From positions 15,280,851 to 15,344,850 of the forward strand of contig MU056000.1 of assembly GCA_013239625.1 (NCBI GenBank): 64,000 bases of DNA. The letters are read 5' to 3'. This DNA comes from Lama guanicoe. Taxonomy: Eukaryota. A model generated the notes under the pieces. It saw only the letters and a program-made list of their open reading frames with translations, did not search any database and was not told the DNA's origin. This document shows positions 51,132-64,000 of this stretch, one piece after another. How positions within the stretch are numbered: the first letter of the stretch is position 1; each line of letters begins with the position of its first letter. Position numbers and translations under genes: made by a program.

Positions 51132-53389
51132 ATGGTAAGCTTAATTTTTCTTCATCTCAAGCACATTTCATACTTTATTTGGTAAAGTTCCTAAGAAGAA
51201 AGTTGGCTTGAAAATGTTATCATTATAAAATGACCTTGGTCAGGCTATTATACATGTGATATGCCAGAATAGGCACCAGAATTTTTCCTAAGGTGATTGA
51301 GGTGGTGGTGTATTACCAACCCCTTGGCATGAGAGAAGTGAGACATGTGGACCTCATCTGGGAAAGACACTGTCTCACTTCTGGGATACTGGCTTATTTG
51401 TAGCGATGCTAATCACCTTTGAATGATGAGCTAACTCTTTTCATCCTTATTCTACTCTGTCCAAATAACATTCTGGTTGTAATTTGGCCTGCTCTTTAGA
51501 ACTGCTTACTGTGTCTCTAAGTAGGATCCGCTAAGCAAGTTTTCAGGGTCCTCAGTGAGGGCTGCTAGTCAAGTACATATGCCAATACTAAAGTCCACAC
51601 TTACTGTTTGATGTCCATGATGTATTGATCATTAAATAATTTGAACATTAACAATGTTTTAAACAGTCTTATTTATCATTTTTAATTATATTTTTTTTTA
51701 CACCAGGCTCTGTGAATCTGGTTAATATGAATCTGATTGGGAAAGAAGAATGCTCCACAGCAATCTTCTAAAAATGCAGGATAGATTTTGACCTAAGATA
51801 AAACCCCCAATGAGGCCTCTTGGTAAATTAACTATGGCAAGTAGTATACAACACCCAAAACACAGAATGAACTGGTACTGTGAATTCATTTACAACTTTG
51901 AACTATGTAATAGTAATAAGTGAATTAATTTAAATCTAAAATATATTCACTACTTAGAATTCTATAATTAGATAATTAGAAAAATCCTAGAATTGCAAAA
52001 TATCTTAGAGATCATATTCTAAATCCTTCAATTATTTTTATTTCCTCACATTTTTAACGCTCTATAAATACTCAAAGATCACGGTAAATTATCTGTTGGA
52101 TATTTTTGTGGTTAATTTTTTGTACCCTATGCTTATTCAAAATACAATATTTGACTAATTGATACTTACTCCTTAATCCCTCAGGAATAAAACAGGCATA
52201 AAAATAATTATAATTGCTTAACACTTATCTTCATTTTATAATGGAAGATAGGCACAGAAAAATATTGGAATAAATCAGTGTTCACCATATAAATGTATAT
52301 ATACATAGATCATTTCTATCCTATTTTCCTCAAATATTCTTTACATATAATTTAATAAAACTTTATACCTATGATAGAGGCTTTAACAAAATGTTATATT
52401 AATTACTATTTTGAAAGTATTAATATTCTATGATGATTTGTCTCAAATGCCTCTTCTAAGGAGACTTTTATGCAGGTCAGCTTTTTGCTAATATAGCAAA
52501 AAATAATTTTCTGTATGAAAGTTTGGAAAACAAAGAAATATATTTTAATAAAATATCAAAGAGTGATAAATAATTTTTTAAAGCTTGGAAAAATTTGAAA
52601 TTATTTAAAAAAGAGATAACTTGAATAAAATATTGTTTCTTGGTATTTTATTATTTATTATCTAGAATCAGAAAATAGCTATTTTTATTTTTGGTATTTT
52701 CTTCCACATTTATTGATTTAGGGCAAAATTAGCATATTCAATCGTGGGTTTTTTTCCCTATATAATAGGCAAGTAAACTTCATTTTCTTTAGTATAGTTG
52801 CATATTTGGCATTCTACACATTTTATTCAGGTAAAAAATAATGGTTAACTCTGCTTCCCTTATCAATTTATTTTAAGAATCTTGAAATTATAACTCAGAT
52901 CCAATTTAAATCCAAATCATAAAGTTATATAAGATGGTGTCATACAGTAAGAATAGGAAAGGTGGAATCAATTATTAGTAATATCATGCCATCCCACTGA
53001 AGCAGTTAAGACTATGGAATTCAGACTAGACTCTTAGAATGTAAGAGTCATAGAACAATTACATTGAAAATTTTTCAGATGTTCTAGCACAATCTTTTAT
53101 TTTTAAAAAATAATGTATAGGTTAAATAAGATTTTTTACTATTTTAGTAACAAAGTATATATGTCACAGGAAACCAGTATGTAAGTTTTGGTTGAAATAT
53201 TAACTTGAATGATATTAGATACCAGAAGGAGCAAAGAGACAGATTATCACAAAAAATGTTCAAAGTAAGTAAGTTTTGTTTGGATGACTAATCCATAGCA
53301 GGAGTATAAAAATCTCAAATTTTGGAAATTAACAGAATCTTTATTTATGAAAAAATTATTACTTTGGAGAAAGCAGTGTGTCTCACTAT

Positions 53390-53985
53390 AGTACCCTACA
53401 GTCAGGGGATATAAAAAGGAAAAGTGGGAAGCTAAATTATAGCATCTAGTGTGAAATTGGAATTGGAGGTACTAGTGTGAACTCATGGTTTTCAAAAGAT
53501 AGATAGAAAAAAGATAAATATAAATCTGCATGTGTGTGTGTGTGTGTCTCCATGTTCTAGCTATGTCCTTTGAAAAAGGGAGAGCTAGGAATATAACTAG
53601 CACTGAGAACTTGGACTCTAATTACTTTCAAAACCAGGGGAAATCAAGACTCCTTAAGAATGGTTATATGTACTTATAATGATACAATAAATATATAAAT
53701 AGGGAGAGGAAGAAGTCTTTCTTACAGTTAAAGGGCAAATCATAAATTTAAGTCAAATGTTGGAATTTAAAAATTGCTATATGGCAACTATGGTAACAAT
53801 AATTAAATTAGGCACAAAATATAAATGTATTCATAAAGTATGGATAAAAATTTCATGAAAAAGAAAATTGCATAATATCAGAATAGTTCCCCTTCTAAAA
53901 GCACTTATTAATCACAAAGGGGCAAACAGTTTACAGTGCAGTAAACAATAGAGGGGGGACACTACCAACTAAAGAATTAAAAAAA
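53390..53985 (+). mobile_element. L1MC4-like 3'UTR fragment, including (TG)n at about 53531-53547
   Basis: 'tgtgaaattggaattggaggtactagtgtgaactcatggtttt', 'aaaccagggg..actcctt', 'cttattaatcacaaagggg..aacagtttacagtg'. Confidence 0.75.
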
Positions 53986-54084
53986 AATCTTTCAGCAATA
54001 TTTGTTTTCCATTTTATTTATTATTTATAGAAGTTCTTAATATATTCTGCATTGCCTTGCATTATATTCTAAAATTTTAAACAT

Positions 54085-55485
54085 AACTTCAAACAAGTCA
54101 ATTACACTAAATGTAAATGGCCTAAACGCCACAAATGATATAAATTCTCACATTGGATAGAAGCAAAACCCAACTACATGTTACCTATAATCAGCACACA
54201 TTACATGTAAAGAAAGACAAGGGATATACAATGCTTTCAATAATCAAAATAAAACTGTTTATATCAGACAAAGCAGATTTCAGACAGAGAATATAACTAT
54301 GAATAAAGATGGTCATTCGTGAAGAAAAAGTGGTCAGTTCATCAAAAATACATAACAATTTTAATTGGTTACACACCTTATAACAATACCTTAAAATATA
54401 TGAACAAAACTGATAGAACTTCACAGAGAAATAGAGAAATCCATAATTATAGTACAAGATTTCAACACCCTTTTCTAAATACTTAATAAAACAATAGAAC
54501 AGAAATTAAGTAAGAACATAGAAGAATTAAACAAAAGTATCAAACAACTTGACTTAATTGACTAATATAGAATACTTCAAAAATACCAATGTGATAAAAT
54601 TCTCTCCAAATAATGGAAACAGTGACATGCATAGAATCAACTATATTCTGGGTCACATTGCAAAGCTCAGTTAATTCAACTAACACAATTTTTCTCTGAC
54701 CACAATGCAATTATATTAGAAATAAACATCAGAAATGTATCTGGAAAACTTTCTAAATATTTGGAAACGAAGTTACTTTATTCCATATAACCCATAGATC
54801 AAATAAAAAATAGAAATTAGAAAATATTTTGAGCTTAATGAAAATGAAAATAAGCATATAGAGATGTGCTGGCTGCAAGTAAAATAGTACTTAGATATTT
54901 TTAGCACGGAACACCTATGATAGAAAAGAAGAAATGTCTTTCAGTTTACACCATAATAAACAAAAACAGAAGAGCAAATAAAACCCAAAAGTAAACAAAA
55001 TAAGTGAAATAGCAAAGAAACTTGGGGAAAGAAAACAAGTAGAAAAAAGAAAATCAATAGAGAAGCCATAAATTGGTTCCCTGTGAAGATTAAAAAAAAA
55101 AAGGATAAATCCCTAGGCAGACTGATTAAGGAAAGAAAAAAAGCATGGGAAAAAAGGACAAACTGAAAATATATCAAGAATGAGAGAAGTGGTATCACTA
55201 CAGATTCTACCAAAGATACTAAGGAAATAACATACACACTTTAATGCCAAAAAAATATACCTTTGAAAATGGACAAAGGAAAACTCAAAATTCACTCAAA
55301 ACTAAAAAAAGCTCACTCAAGATGAAATAAATAATATAAATATTTGTATATCAATGAATGAAATATAAAGATTAAAGAAATGTTTTTAAAAGATCTTCCC
55401 ACAAAAAAAACTTGTCCTAAAGAAATTATGATTTCTAAAAACTAAGAAAAAGTAAAAAGATAGTTTCAAGTTCATTTTTAACATT
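54085..55485 (+). mobile_element. LINE-1 ORF2 endonuclease/linker region (L1MC/L1M4-like), decayed
   Basis: 'attacactaaatgtaaatggcctaaac' (ITLNVNGLN), 'atatcagacaaagcagatttcaga' (ISDKADFR), 'gatttcaacacccttttct' (DFNTL), 'ttctctgaccacaatgcaatt' (FSDHNAI). Confidence 0.88.
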
Positions 55486-55504
55486 CAGATGATTACAAAA
55501 TAAA

Positions 55505-55870
55505 TACATGAACTACAGTACTCAGTACATTGAATTATATATAGCAGTGATAATAAATTATGTACATAGCGTGGAAAAATACAGAGGAATCTCACAGGCA
55601 TAATGTTGAGTAAAAGAAACCTGAGGCCCTCTACTTGACTTCTAAGTACGTTAAATATACTAAGCACAAAAACAAGCACAGCTAATTTTACAGGTTGAAA
55701 GCCAAGATAATGGTTACCATGGTTAGGCTGGTAGTGACACTGAAGTGCTAGTCATGTTTCTTTCTTTGTCAGAGTGCCCATTACTTAGATGAGTTCTTTT
55801 GTCAACGTTAATTTAATACTATACTTAAGACATACACATTTTCCTACATACATATTACATTGCATTTTCA
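55505..55870 (+). mobile_element. L1ME-type 3' end
   Basis: 'gaatctcacaggcataatgttgagtaaaagaaacc', 'aagccaagataatggttacc', 'gtgctagtcatgtttctttcttt'. Confidence 0.75.
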
Positions 55871-58319
55871 AATATAATTATTGTGTATTTATCAATAACA
55901 CCTGACCCACTGGGTAGATCAACAAACCAAAAATTTTTTCTGAGAAAACTAAGGATTATAATTCTATAAAACATAAACATATTCTTGGGTATATATTCCA
56001 AACAGGCAAAGACATTATGAAGTTTCATTTTTCTGACCATAAATGTCACTTTCACATACATTACAACAGATTAAATATTGTTCCAAAAGTGCTTTTTCAT
56101 AAACTTTCCACTAACATGGCACCTTGATACTTTTGTCTTAGAAAAAAAGAGAGCTAACATGATCTGAAAAACATAGTACAGATTACAATAACTAAATAAA
56201 TGTAAATACATTTCTGATAGTCTTATGAAATTCAATGTATTATTGCTCTAATACATATATGTAATCTTAGGGAAACGTTCATGATGTTAATTGCTTTTAA
56301 ATACAAAATACATGACCTGATTACCTCAAGTTTGTTACTATTCTACCACAAAAGTAAACTGAATATTATTGCAAAATAGTCTTTCTCTTTATTTTTTTTT
56401 AAAGAAAAGCTGTAATTCTGCACATACGCTTTTACTCAATATTTTACTTTTTCTGTCTTGGAACTTTACAATCTAATTCTTGATTAATAATTTACTTGAA
56501 ACTAAGTTTAGAAGTGGATGAGGCATAAATAATAAAAGAATAAATGTTAGTTGATAGATCACAAATATACTGGAAAATAATAGTGAATGGTTAACTGTAT
56601 AGCCACATTTTCAACACTCCTGTCAGGTGAGAAATGTATAGTACGCCAAAGCAATGATATGCTTTTAATATGCCCTAAAGTGTATCTGTTCAATTACAGC
56701 CTGGAATGGAAAAAATGAAGTTAATTATCTCCACCTTGGTGGAAATAAATAATGGAAAAACATACTGCTGAAAGATAGTAGATGATCTTAAATCATTAAT
56801 GAATACGGGGGAGTTTGCAAATAGAACACTTCAATCTGGATGAACCACTATTCTGAAATACCAAACTATTTTATCCAAACATCAGATGTGTTACTTCAGA
56901 AATACCTTCCCTTGTGGATATTTTGGTCCAGGGGAGAAAACTTAAATTATTGATTAGATTACTACTAGGCTGTCATTTACAATAGTATCAACTACAGATA
57001 AACTATCGTGCTGCAGTGGGGCAGCTTCACATCTCATCTTTAATGCCATCAGAACACAGTGCACTTAGGAATCTCACTACACTCAACTTCAAAGATTTAT
57101 GAGCTTCCAACCTGAATGCGCATTGTGCTTCGAGTATCGTGGGAAATGAATCAAGCAGTCAACATCATGTACTTGGGATGGCATCGGCATTGATCCACAG
57201 GTGAATAGTTGGACCCACTACAGTGAAAACGTAGATGTTAGAAACAGATGTTTTAAGTTTTTAACATGTATTTGTCAACTACCTAGAGGGGAAAAATAAT
57301 TTTGAAAAAATTTTTAGAGTTAAATTTTTAACTTTTTGAATAAATGTAAATTTGTGGTCTACTAATGTTTGTATACATCCCATAAAGCCATGTCATCAAA
57401 AACAGCCATCTCCATTTTACACTCACCACTTATTGTTTTACTTAATTGTATCTTCTTGGATGTAATGAAGTTCTAATCACCTAAAGGCAGGTTGCCCAGA
57501 ATGAGTAATAATGCTGATGAAGAAGCATAGTGAAGACTAAGTTTGCAATGTTGATATTCCACAGGACACAAATTAAATGGAAATATTATATTAAACATAA
57601 AACTGGGTTATAATTCCAAGTAATTTGTAGACCATCAGTTACTTTAAAAACATTTAGAGTTAGACCATGGTGTCAGCTCTGAGAGCTAGCTTGCTTCCTT
57701 GCTTATTTCTAATATAAGTTAAGACTAGAATTCAAAATGACTAATGAACTGTGAAAAATATTCTGGTCCAGAAAAAAAATGACATTTTTAAATACAAGTG
57801 AAGCATTGGAATGTACAACTTTAAAGTAAAAGACATTAGTAAATTAAAATGATTCTAGAAGAAAAATAATTAAAATAAATTGATAAATTAAAATTACATA
57901 GTATAAATCAAGAAAGATTTATACATGAAAGGTGTGAGTGTGCCAGTTTTTGGCATACCAGCATTTATTAGCATACTTTTAGCTCCGTATTTTGTACTGA
58001 AGTGAAGCATGGTAAAAACTGAACATACAAGCACAAGGGTGTGAATCTATAATTGTGCAATATGTGAGTCTAAGAGCAGTTTTATTGATAAAAATAAACT
58101 ATAAGCCTACTACTTTCTTGCATCAAAATAAACTCAAGGATAAATAGAGTTTTAAAAAAATCAAACTGTATGTCTATAAGAATATATGGGCATTCTTAAA
58201 ATAAGTAATCTCAAAGTGTGATTTTTTTCCTAAAAATAAAAATAAAAGAACTGTAAGTCCTAATGTTAATGTTTATCATTTTTATTGAATATAAATTTTT
58301 TAACCTCTGGAAAACAATG

Positions 58320-58740
58320 GGAAAATTTAAAAATCAATCAGACCAACTACCACACAAGAGTTAAAAAAAAAAAAAGAAGAAAGAAAACAAATTATAAACA
58401 CAATGACAAGTCAAAGTAATTTAACCAGAGAGAACAGAGTAGGGGCTAATTTGTAGAAAATATAAATGAATAATTAAAGAAGAGCACTTTAATTTAAGAA
58501 ATATTTAAATATTTTCCTGGAAAATCTCCCTTATGTATGATAAACACACATACACACAGATACACAAGTGATTATAAAATGTGAAAAAATTCTCAGTCAA
58601 CAATAATTGGATCTTTGGAAATTGAGAAAACAACAATGGAATGTGATTTATACCTATTATATTAGTTTAATTTAAAATGTTTAATAGTACCCTTTGGTGA
58701 GAATGAGGCAAAAATGTGTATGATCTAGTGTTGTTTATAA
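58320..58740 (+). mobile_element. Very old L1ME fragment
   Basis: A-rich. 'tgtgaaaaaattctcagtc..aataatt...gaaattgagaaaacaacaatgga..tttatacctattatattag' resembles the ORF2 end. Confidence 0.45.
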
Positions 58741-58896
58741 TAACAATGTCAGAAACAAATAAATTAGAAAATCTTCACAACAAAAATGCACATCAACAAT
58801 AAGTGTTGCTAAATGAATGGTTTTCAAACCAACCGCCCAGATCCTCATGCCTCACATTCTCCAAACCCTACACCACAGGGCTACAGAACTGTTCCA

Positions 58897-59276
58897 AAAA
58901 AAAAATCAAATTTATGAAACAGAGGGTAGAAAAGTAGTTGTCAGGGGCTGGCAGGTAGGAGAAATAGAAAGAGGTTGGTAAAAGGGTATTAAATTTCAGG
59001 TATAAGATGAACAAGTTCTGAGGATCTAATGTAAAACGTGGAAACTATAGTTGTCATTACTGTATTTTCTTGAAATTGGCTAAGAGAATAAAACTTGTGT
59101 GTTCTCACACACATACAAAAATGATAAATATGAGGTGATGAATATGTTAGTTAGCTGAATTGGGAGGATTTTTTCACTATATATACGTGTATCAAACCAC
59201 CACAATGTATACTTTAAATAGCTTATAATTTTCTATGTCAATTATACCTCAATAAAGATGAAATTTAAAAAAAAAA
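58897..59276 (+). mobile_element. L1MA-type 3'UTR with polyA signal and tail
   Basis: 'gaaacagagggtagaaaagtagttgtcaggggctgg', 'tataagatgaacaagttctgaggatctaatgta', 'gtcaattatacctcaataaagatgaaatttaaaaaaaaaa'. Confidence 0.9.
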
Positions 59277-59849
59277 TGAGGGTTAATTATACGTTCTGTT
59301 GGTATAACAGCTTCCTGTGCATAAAATATAATTTACCTGGTGAATTAATTATGCAAATACTTGTGACAACACATACAGTTATTATAGTGGCTTTCACTAT
59401 CTACTTGCCAAGAAAAATTAATATGAATTTTACATTCCAAGGGAAATGAGAAACAGTTTGGCACAACTGGATATATGATTTAATAATCATTACAAAAGAC
59501 TGATACATATTTCAGCCTTGGTGTTGAAAATGGGAGCGTTAACGCTAATGATAGCGTTAGTTTATGCTTTGAGCTCTGTGAGTCGTTCATCAGTTGATAC
59601 TGATGAAAATTTAATTTATCTTTGAGACATCCTTTGCTGTGAAAACTTGATTATAAATATCTTCTTTTTCAAGCTGTACTCATAGCTGAATCTGAAGGCA
59701 AGTGAATTGTACTTAAATGTGTATAGATCAATGTATTCCTAATTCTGTGTTTGAGAACCATGTAAAGAAATAACAAATGAATTTAGATATCATATACTCT
59801 TTGGCATTCTGCAATTATTTAAAAAATTATAGACAGAAAGGGCATTGTT

Positions 59850-60368
59850 TGTGGTGGATGGACAGTGCTGTAAGTTCTTTGGCTTTTTTTCCATCGAACA
59901 GTAGAATTTATTTGCTCTCCTTTGAATGTAAACTGGCCAGTTACCACTTTGACCAGTAGAGGTATGGCCAAATGACTGCCTGTCTTGGGCCAGCATTTAA
60001 GAGGACTAGAAGGTTCTGCCTTGGAATCTTGGAATCCTGAGAGGTCATATAAAAAGTCTGATAACCCTAAAGGAAAGACGCATAGGAAGCTATGCTTAGA
60101 AAGAGGCTGGGGGAGGGTGCCCGCTTAGCCCACCCTTCAGGTCATCCTGCAAATGTCCTGGGGTTATATGTGGTGTCATCTTAGACTACTCCTGACCAGA
60201 GATGCTCCCAGGTGAGCATTACCTAGAATCCTACTTTACTCCATGTGAAGCTGAACCATCCCTCAGGTGAAATCCTGACACAAAATCTTCAAATATAGCA
60301 ATATGGTGGATTATTTAATCCACCAATTTGTATGATAGGTTTTTACATAGTACTGGATAACTGGGACA
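59850..60368 (+). mobile_element. MLT1G-like solo LTR
   Basis: Starts 'tgtggtgg'. Internal 'ctttgaccagtagaggtatggc' and 'tttaagaggact..gttctgcctt'. Ends 'tggataactgggaca'. Confidence 0.8.
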
Positions 60369-61124
60369 CTGTTTCACGATCTTATGACGTAAATTGAATT
60401 TTCTACCTAGGATTTTGTTCAGTTATATCTCAACAATACATTACAAAGTTACTCAAAATTATGTAAATGCACAAACTTACAAAATTGAGGAAAAACAAAA
60501 ACTCAAACATCTCCCCAAAGTAAAAGAAATTTTAGTTCCATATTGATTCCTATAAACGCATGTGTCTAGTTACAGAGTGCTTTTGTGGTCAAGAGAGGGG
60601 AAAGTCCTTTGTATTAGATAGACTAAACAATTCTTTAAACGTAGCTCAGAATTCTCTCAAATCTCAGCTGATTGAACTGTAAAACAATTGCTTCGAACAT
60701 ACATTTTTTTTTTCTTCTTTGGTGAAGGAAAATATCTGTCAGAAGTTCAGCGAGCAATCAAATACTGCTCCTAGACAACCAGGAGACAAGACGAAATTTT
60801 CCTTTCAGCCAGAGACAAAATAAATATTGCAAAAATCCAAGTAAATCACATGATGCAGATAGATGGGAACTAAAAGTTGCCTCTCTGTAAAATCTATCTC
60901 ATCGGTTGACTTCAGAGCCTTAATTATTAGTGAGTATAAAGAAGTTTCTCTTTGCACTGGAGATAGAAAACCTTTTCGGATGGATGTGTAACCACTGCAT
61001 AATGGCCATTTTTGCTTTTATGGCAGATTGTTCCCTGGACATAAGTGACATCTATTGTGTTTGTTGGTTCTCTGGAAAATACAAATGGAATCATCTGCTG
61101 CATCCTCAATCTATCTAGAGGGTT

Positions 61125-61380
61125 ACTGCGGGAGTGATTCAGACCTTGGCTTTCAGAGCCTGACTGCTTGAGTTAGAATACCAGCCACAGTTCTTTGCTA
61201 TGTGTCAGAGACGTTATCTTTCTGTGCCTCAGTTTCTCCTCTATGAAAAGGCTTATCCTCCCGTCTGAGGGTCAGTGGGAAAGAGCAGTGTATGATTTGC
61301 TACATGATAAGTACTTACAAAAGTGTTCGAGGTAAAGTCAGTGCTCAGCAAATGTTAGCCATCATTATCATCATTATTAT
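61125..61380 (+). mobile_element. Near full-length MIR SINE
   Basis: 'ggctttcagagcctgactgcttgagttagaataccagc', core 'tctgtgcctcagtttctc', tail 'gtgctcagcaaatgttagccatcattat'. Confidence 0.85.
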
Positions 61381-61399
61381 GTTCAGAGTTTTTTCTATT

Positions 61400-62110
61400 C
61401 ACAAAATACATTTTTTGTTTACATGTCTATGATGATGCCTCATTTTAATGGTAATATTCTATTATTAATACATCCAATGCATATATATCTGAGGGTTTAA
61501 AAGATTTTTAAATATATAAATATCCAGTCTCACTTTTTAAATAATTTTCAATATAAACTCTTGTCATTTGGATTCTGGTGTCAAAAAGCATGCTTAATTT
61601 TAGAAATGTTGGTACATATGGAAAATACACCCTCTAGAAAATGTGCAGGTTTTATACTTCCTGCAATGTATGAGGGTTTCATTCCAGGATAGTTTCTAAA
61701 ACCAGATAATATCAGGCTTGCTATTCTTTTAACAGGAACAATTAACAATAGGTACTTTATTTTTGCATTTAAAAACAGAAATTTGTAGTGAGATTGATGT
61801 GTGTTTATTGAAGATTTGAATTTGTTAATTTTTGAACCAACAGATCATGTTTTTTTTCTTCCCATTTTCACTTTTGGGTTTTATAAAAGTGATGTGTCAA
61901 GGGTATAAAAGCAATCTAAAGGTAGTAATGAATTTTGTATCCTACAGCCAGACAATTGATAATAACTTATTTGAAAATATTTCATTTTCAAATTAAGAAA
62001 AACTGTATTTCGTATAATGTAGTATTCCAAGACTTGGTTGTTTATTTGCTATCCTTTTAAACTATTATGGCCTAGTTTATTTTGGAAAACTTTTGTCATT
62101 CCAGGATAAG
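61400..62110 (-). mobile_element. Very old L1ME fragment
   Basis: 'ttttatacttcctgcaatgtatgagggtttc' and 'tttatttttgcattt..tagtgagattga' are antisense L1 3'-region motifs. Confidence 0.45.
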
Positions 62111-62156
62111 AATAAGTCTTCAAAGGAAGGAAAGTATCTACTTCTGTACTGAAATA

Positions 62157-62635
62157 GCAACTTTATTGGTAAATCATTTATGTACAATAAACTTGACCTA
62201 TTTAAAGTGTACAGTTTAATGCATTTTGGCATTTGTGTGCACCCTTGACATCACTACTACAGCCACGAAGCAGAACAAAACCAACCCAGAAAATTTTCTT
62301 GGGTCTCTTTGCAGCTCATCTCATCCAGTCCTTTTGCTCCAGGAAACCTTGATCTACTTTCTTCACTATGGATATATTTATATTCCACAGCATTTTATGC
62401 ACATAAAATCACATATTAGTTTCTTTGACTGAGCATAATTATTTTGAAATGTATTTATGTTGCTGCATAGATACAGTAGTTTATTCCTTTTTATTGCTGA
62501 ATAGCATTCCATTGTCTGGCTAGACAATATTTTATTTATCTGTTCACCGATTGATAGACATTTGGTTCCTTTCCAGTTTGAGACTATTATGAATGGAGCT
62601 GCTATGATCATTCATGTGCAGATTTGTGTATGAAA
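62157..62635 (-). mobile_element. L1MB7/8-like 3' end
   Basis: 'tttaaagtgtacagtttaatg' and 'agtttattccttttattgctgaatagcattccattg'. The minus ORF MIIAAPFIIVSNWKGTKCLSIGEQINK resembles the ORF2 end MFIAALFIIAKNWKQPKCPSTGEWINK. Confidence 0.88.
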
Positions 62636-62688
62636 ATCCATAAAATATTTTCTTAGAGATTTATAACCCACTTCTTTAAAGACCCAAT

Positions 62689-62868
62689 CAGTGTTTTCCA
62701 ATGTGCTACCCTGAGCCAAAAGACATCAGAATTATCCTGTTAGTTATTAAAAATTTTAGATGATAAATTAAAGCCAATAAACAGAACTATAATTAGAATT
62801 TGTAGAAGAATCTGCACTTTAAAAACTGTACAAATGAATCTAGCTTACACTACAACTTCAGAACTATT
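62689..62868 (+). mobile_element. MER5A-like hAT element
   Basis: 'cagtgttttccaatgtg..catcagaattatcctg' and 'gaatctgcactttaa...tacactacaacttcagaacta'. Confidence 0.65.
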
Positions 62869-63075
62869 AAGAGAGATATTCTAAATCTTCTGTTAAATCA
62901 TGCTGATCATCACATAGCAGGACACAGACATTTTCCTCCATAAAATTGCTGTCTCAAAATACATTTTGTAATTGTGCAATTGAACTATTTTAACAATATT
63001 ATAGTTGTACATAGAAAGCTTTATTGTGTTTATAACAAGAATTTGTTGAACATGTCATATAAAGTTACAAAGAAT

Positions 63076-63245
63076 TTTAATTTTTTTTAATTTTGAGTTT
63101 GCTTTGAGAAGGTAATTAGGTCTATTAATTAATTAATTAATTATCAGTTTTATGTATTTATGTACTTATTTATTTTAGTGGATGTGCTAGAGATTAAACC
63201 CATGACCTCAAGCATGCTAAGCACACACTAAGCTATACCCTCCCC
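63076..63245 (-). mobile_element. tRNA-derived SINE resembling camelid Vic-1
   Basis: The reverse strand reads ggggagggtatagcttag..tgtgtgcttagcatgcttgaggtcatgggtttaatctctagcacatccactaaaataaataa...acctaattacc, then an A-rich tail. This matches the recalled camelid SINE head GGGGAGGGTATAGCTCAGTGGTAGAG..GCTTAGCATGC..GAGGTCCTGGGTTCAATCCCCAG and its ACCTAATTACC tail motif. Confidence 0.85.
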
Positions 63246-64000
63246 ACTATTAAATGTCTTAAGGAAGTATCATGGATTAACTTCCTCAGATGTCAGTAAA
63301 GATAACACTTTTTTTTTAATTAGGGAAAAGAACCCTGTAAAATTTAATTATTTACTTATACAACTGAAATTATTTGTATATCAGAAAAATGAATCACGTG
63401 TAGAATGATTGTCAACAAAGGGAAGTTTTATAAATTAAAACAAAAATGGAGAAACTCCAAGGAAAAGAGAAATGTGTAAGAATGTGCTGTTTTATTTTCC
63501 TCTCCTTTGGCAAACTGATTTGCTGAAGACTGTCAAGAAGAGCAGTTTTCCCTGGAGCAAACGGACTCAGTTAGAGGGGAAAGTAATTTCAGTTATTTAT
63601 AGGTTTCCACAGAAACCTCGTGCGTTCTATACGGTCTTGTTTTTCTCTGGGTAATGGTGTTGTTTTTCCTTCTGCTGGCACCTCCACCTCACTTAAGCCA
63701 GAATTGCACCATTTCCGTCATTTGAACTTCTTCGTGAACTGGGATATTAATTTTCTAAACAAGTTATGAATTTCGAAACTTGTTCGTATAACTAACATAC
63801 CAGTTACAAGTTTTGAAAGTCATAACTGAGCATAATTCTCTTTGTGCTTTGGCTGCCAGAAAGCTACAAGCTCATTTTGCTGGTCAGATTTTTAAACTGT
63901 ACAAATTTATTGCACACATTTCTATGCTTGGGCTCTTGCTGGTTTGATAGCACCCTGTTGTTTCTACCCTGCCAATCTCTATGTATTTTTGTACTCCATG

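Noticed and set aside
63170..63245. tRNA gene
   Set aside because: The tRNA-like head has a deletion and mutated boxes and continues into a SINE body and tail, so it is a SINE.
1..64000. A novel multi-gene system (defence island, CRISPR, operon) or a host protein-coding gene
   Set aside because: The longest ORF is 164 aa and lies within L1. There is no repeat-spacer array and no recognisable non-TE protein motif, and I found no chain of in-frame exons. Small exons could still be missed by eye.

Overview
AT-rich (roughly two-thirds A+T by eye), CpG-depleted mammalian non-coding DNA, either intergenic or deep intronic. I find no supportable protein-coding gene, RNA gene, CRISPR array or prokaryotic system; the supplied ORFs are chance frames or decayed L1 ORF2. 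The window is a mosaic of eutherian repeats: L1M fragments, L2, MIR, MLT1/LTR16/LTR33/MER21 LTRs, and Tigger/MER2/MER47/MER3/MER5 DNA transposons. One tRNA-derived SINE at ~63.08-63.25 kb resembles the camelid Vic-1 family, so the host is probably a camel, alpaca or llama. Family names come from recalled consensus sequences, not a RepeatMasker run, so subfamily calls and most boundaries are approximate. The most notable structures are a ~98% identical 276/278-bp tandem duplication (11095-11648), two back-to-back L1 3' ends forming a ~300-bp-arm inverted repeat (17.5-18.2 kb), a cluster of Tigger1-derived ends (27.9-33.9 kb), local CpG-retaining patches with enhancer-like motif clusters, and small template-switch-like palindromes. 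I could not find evidence for a new biological system.
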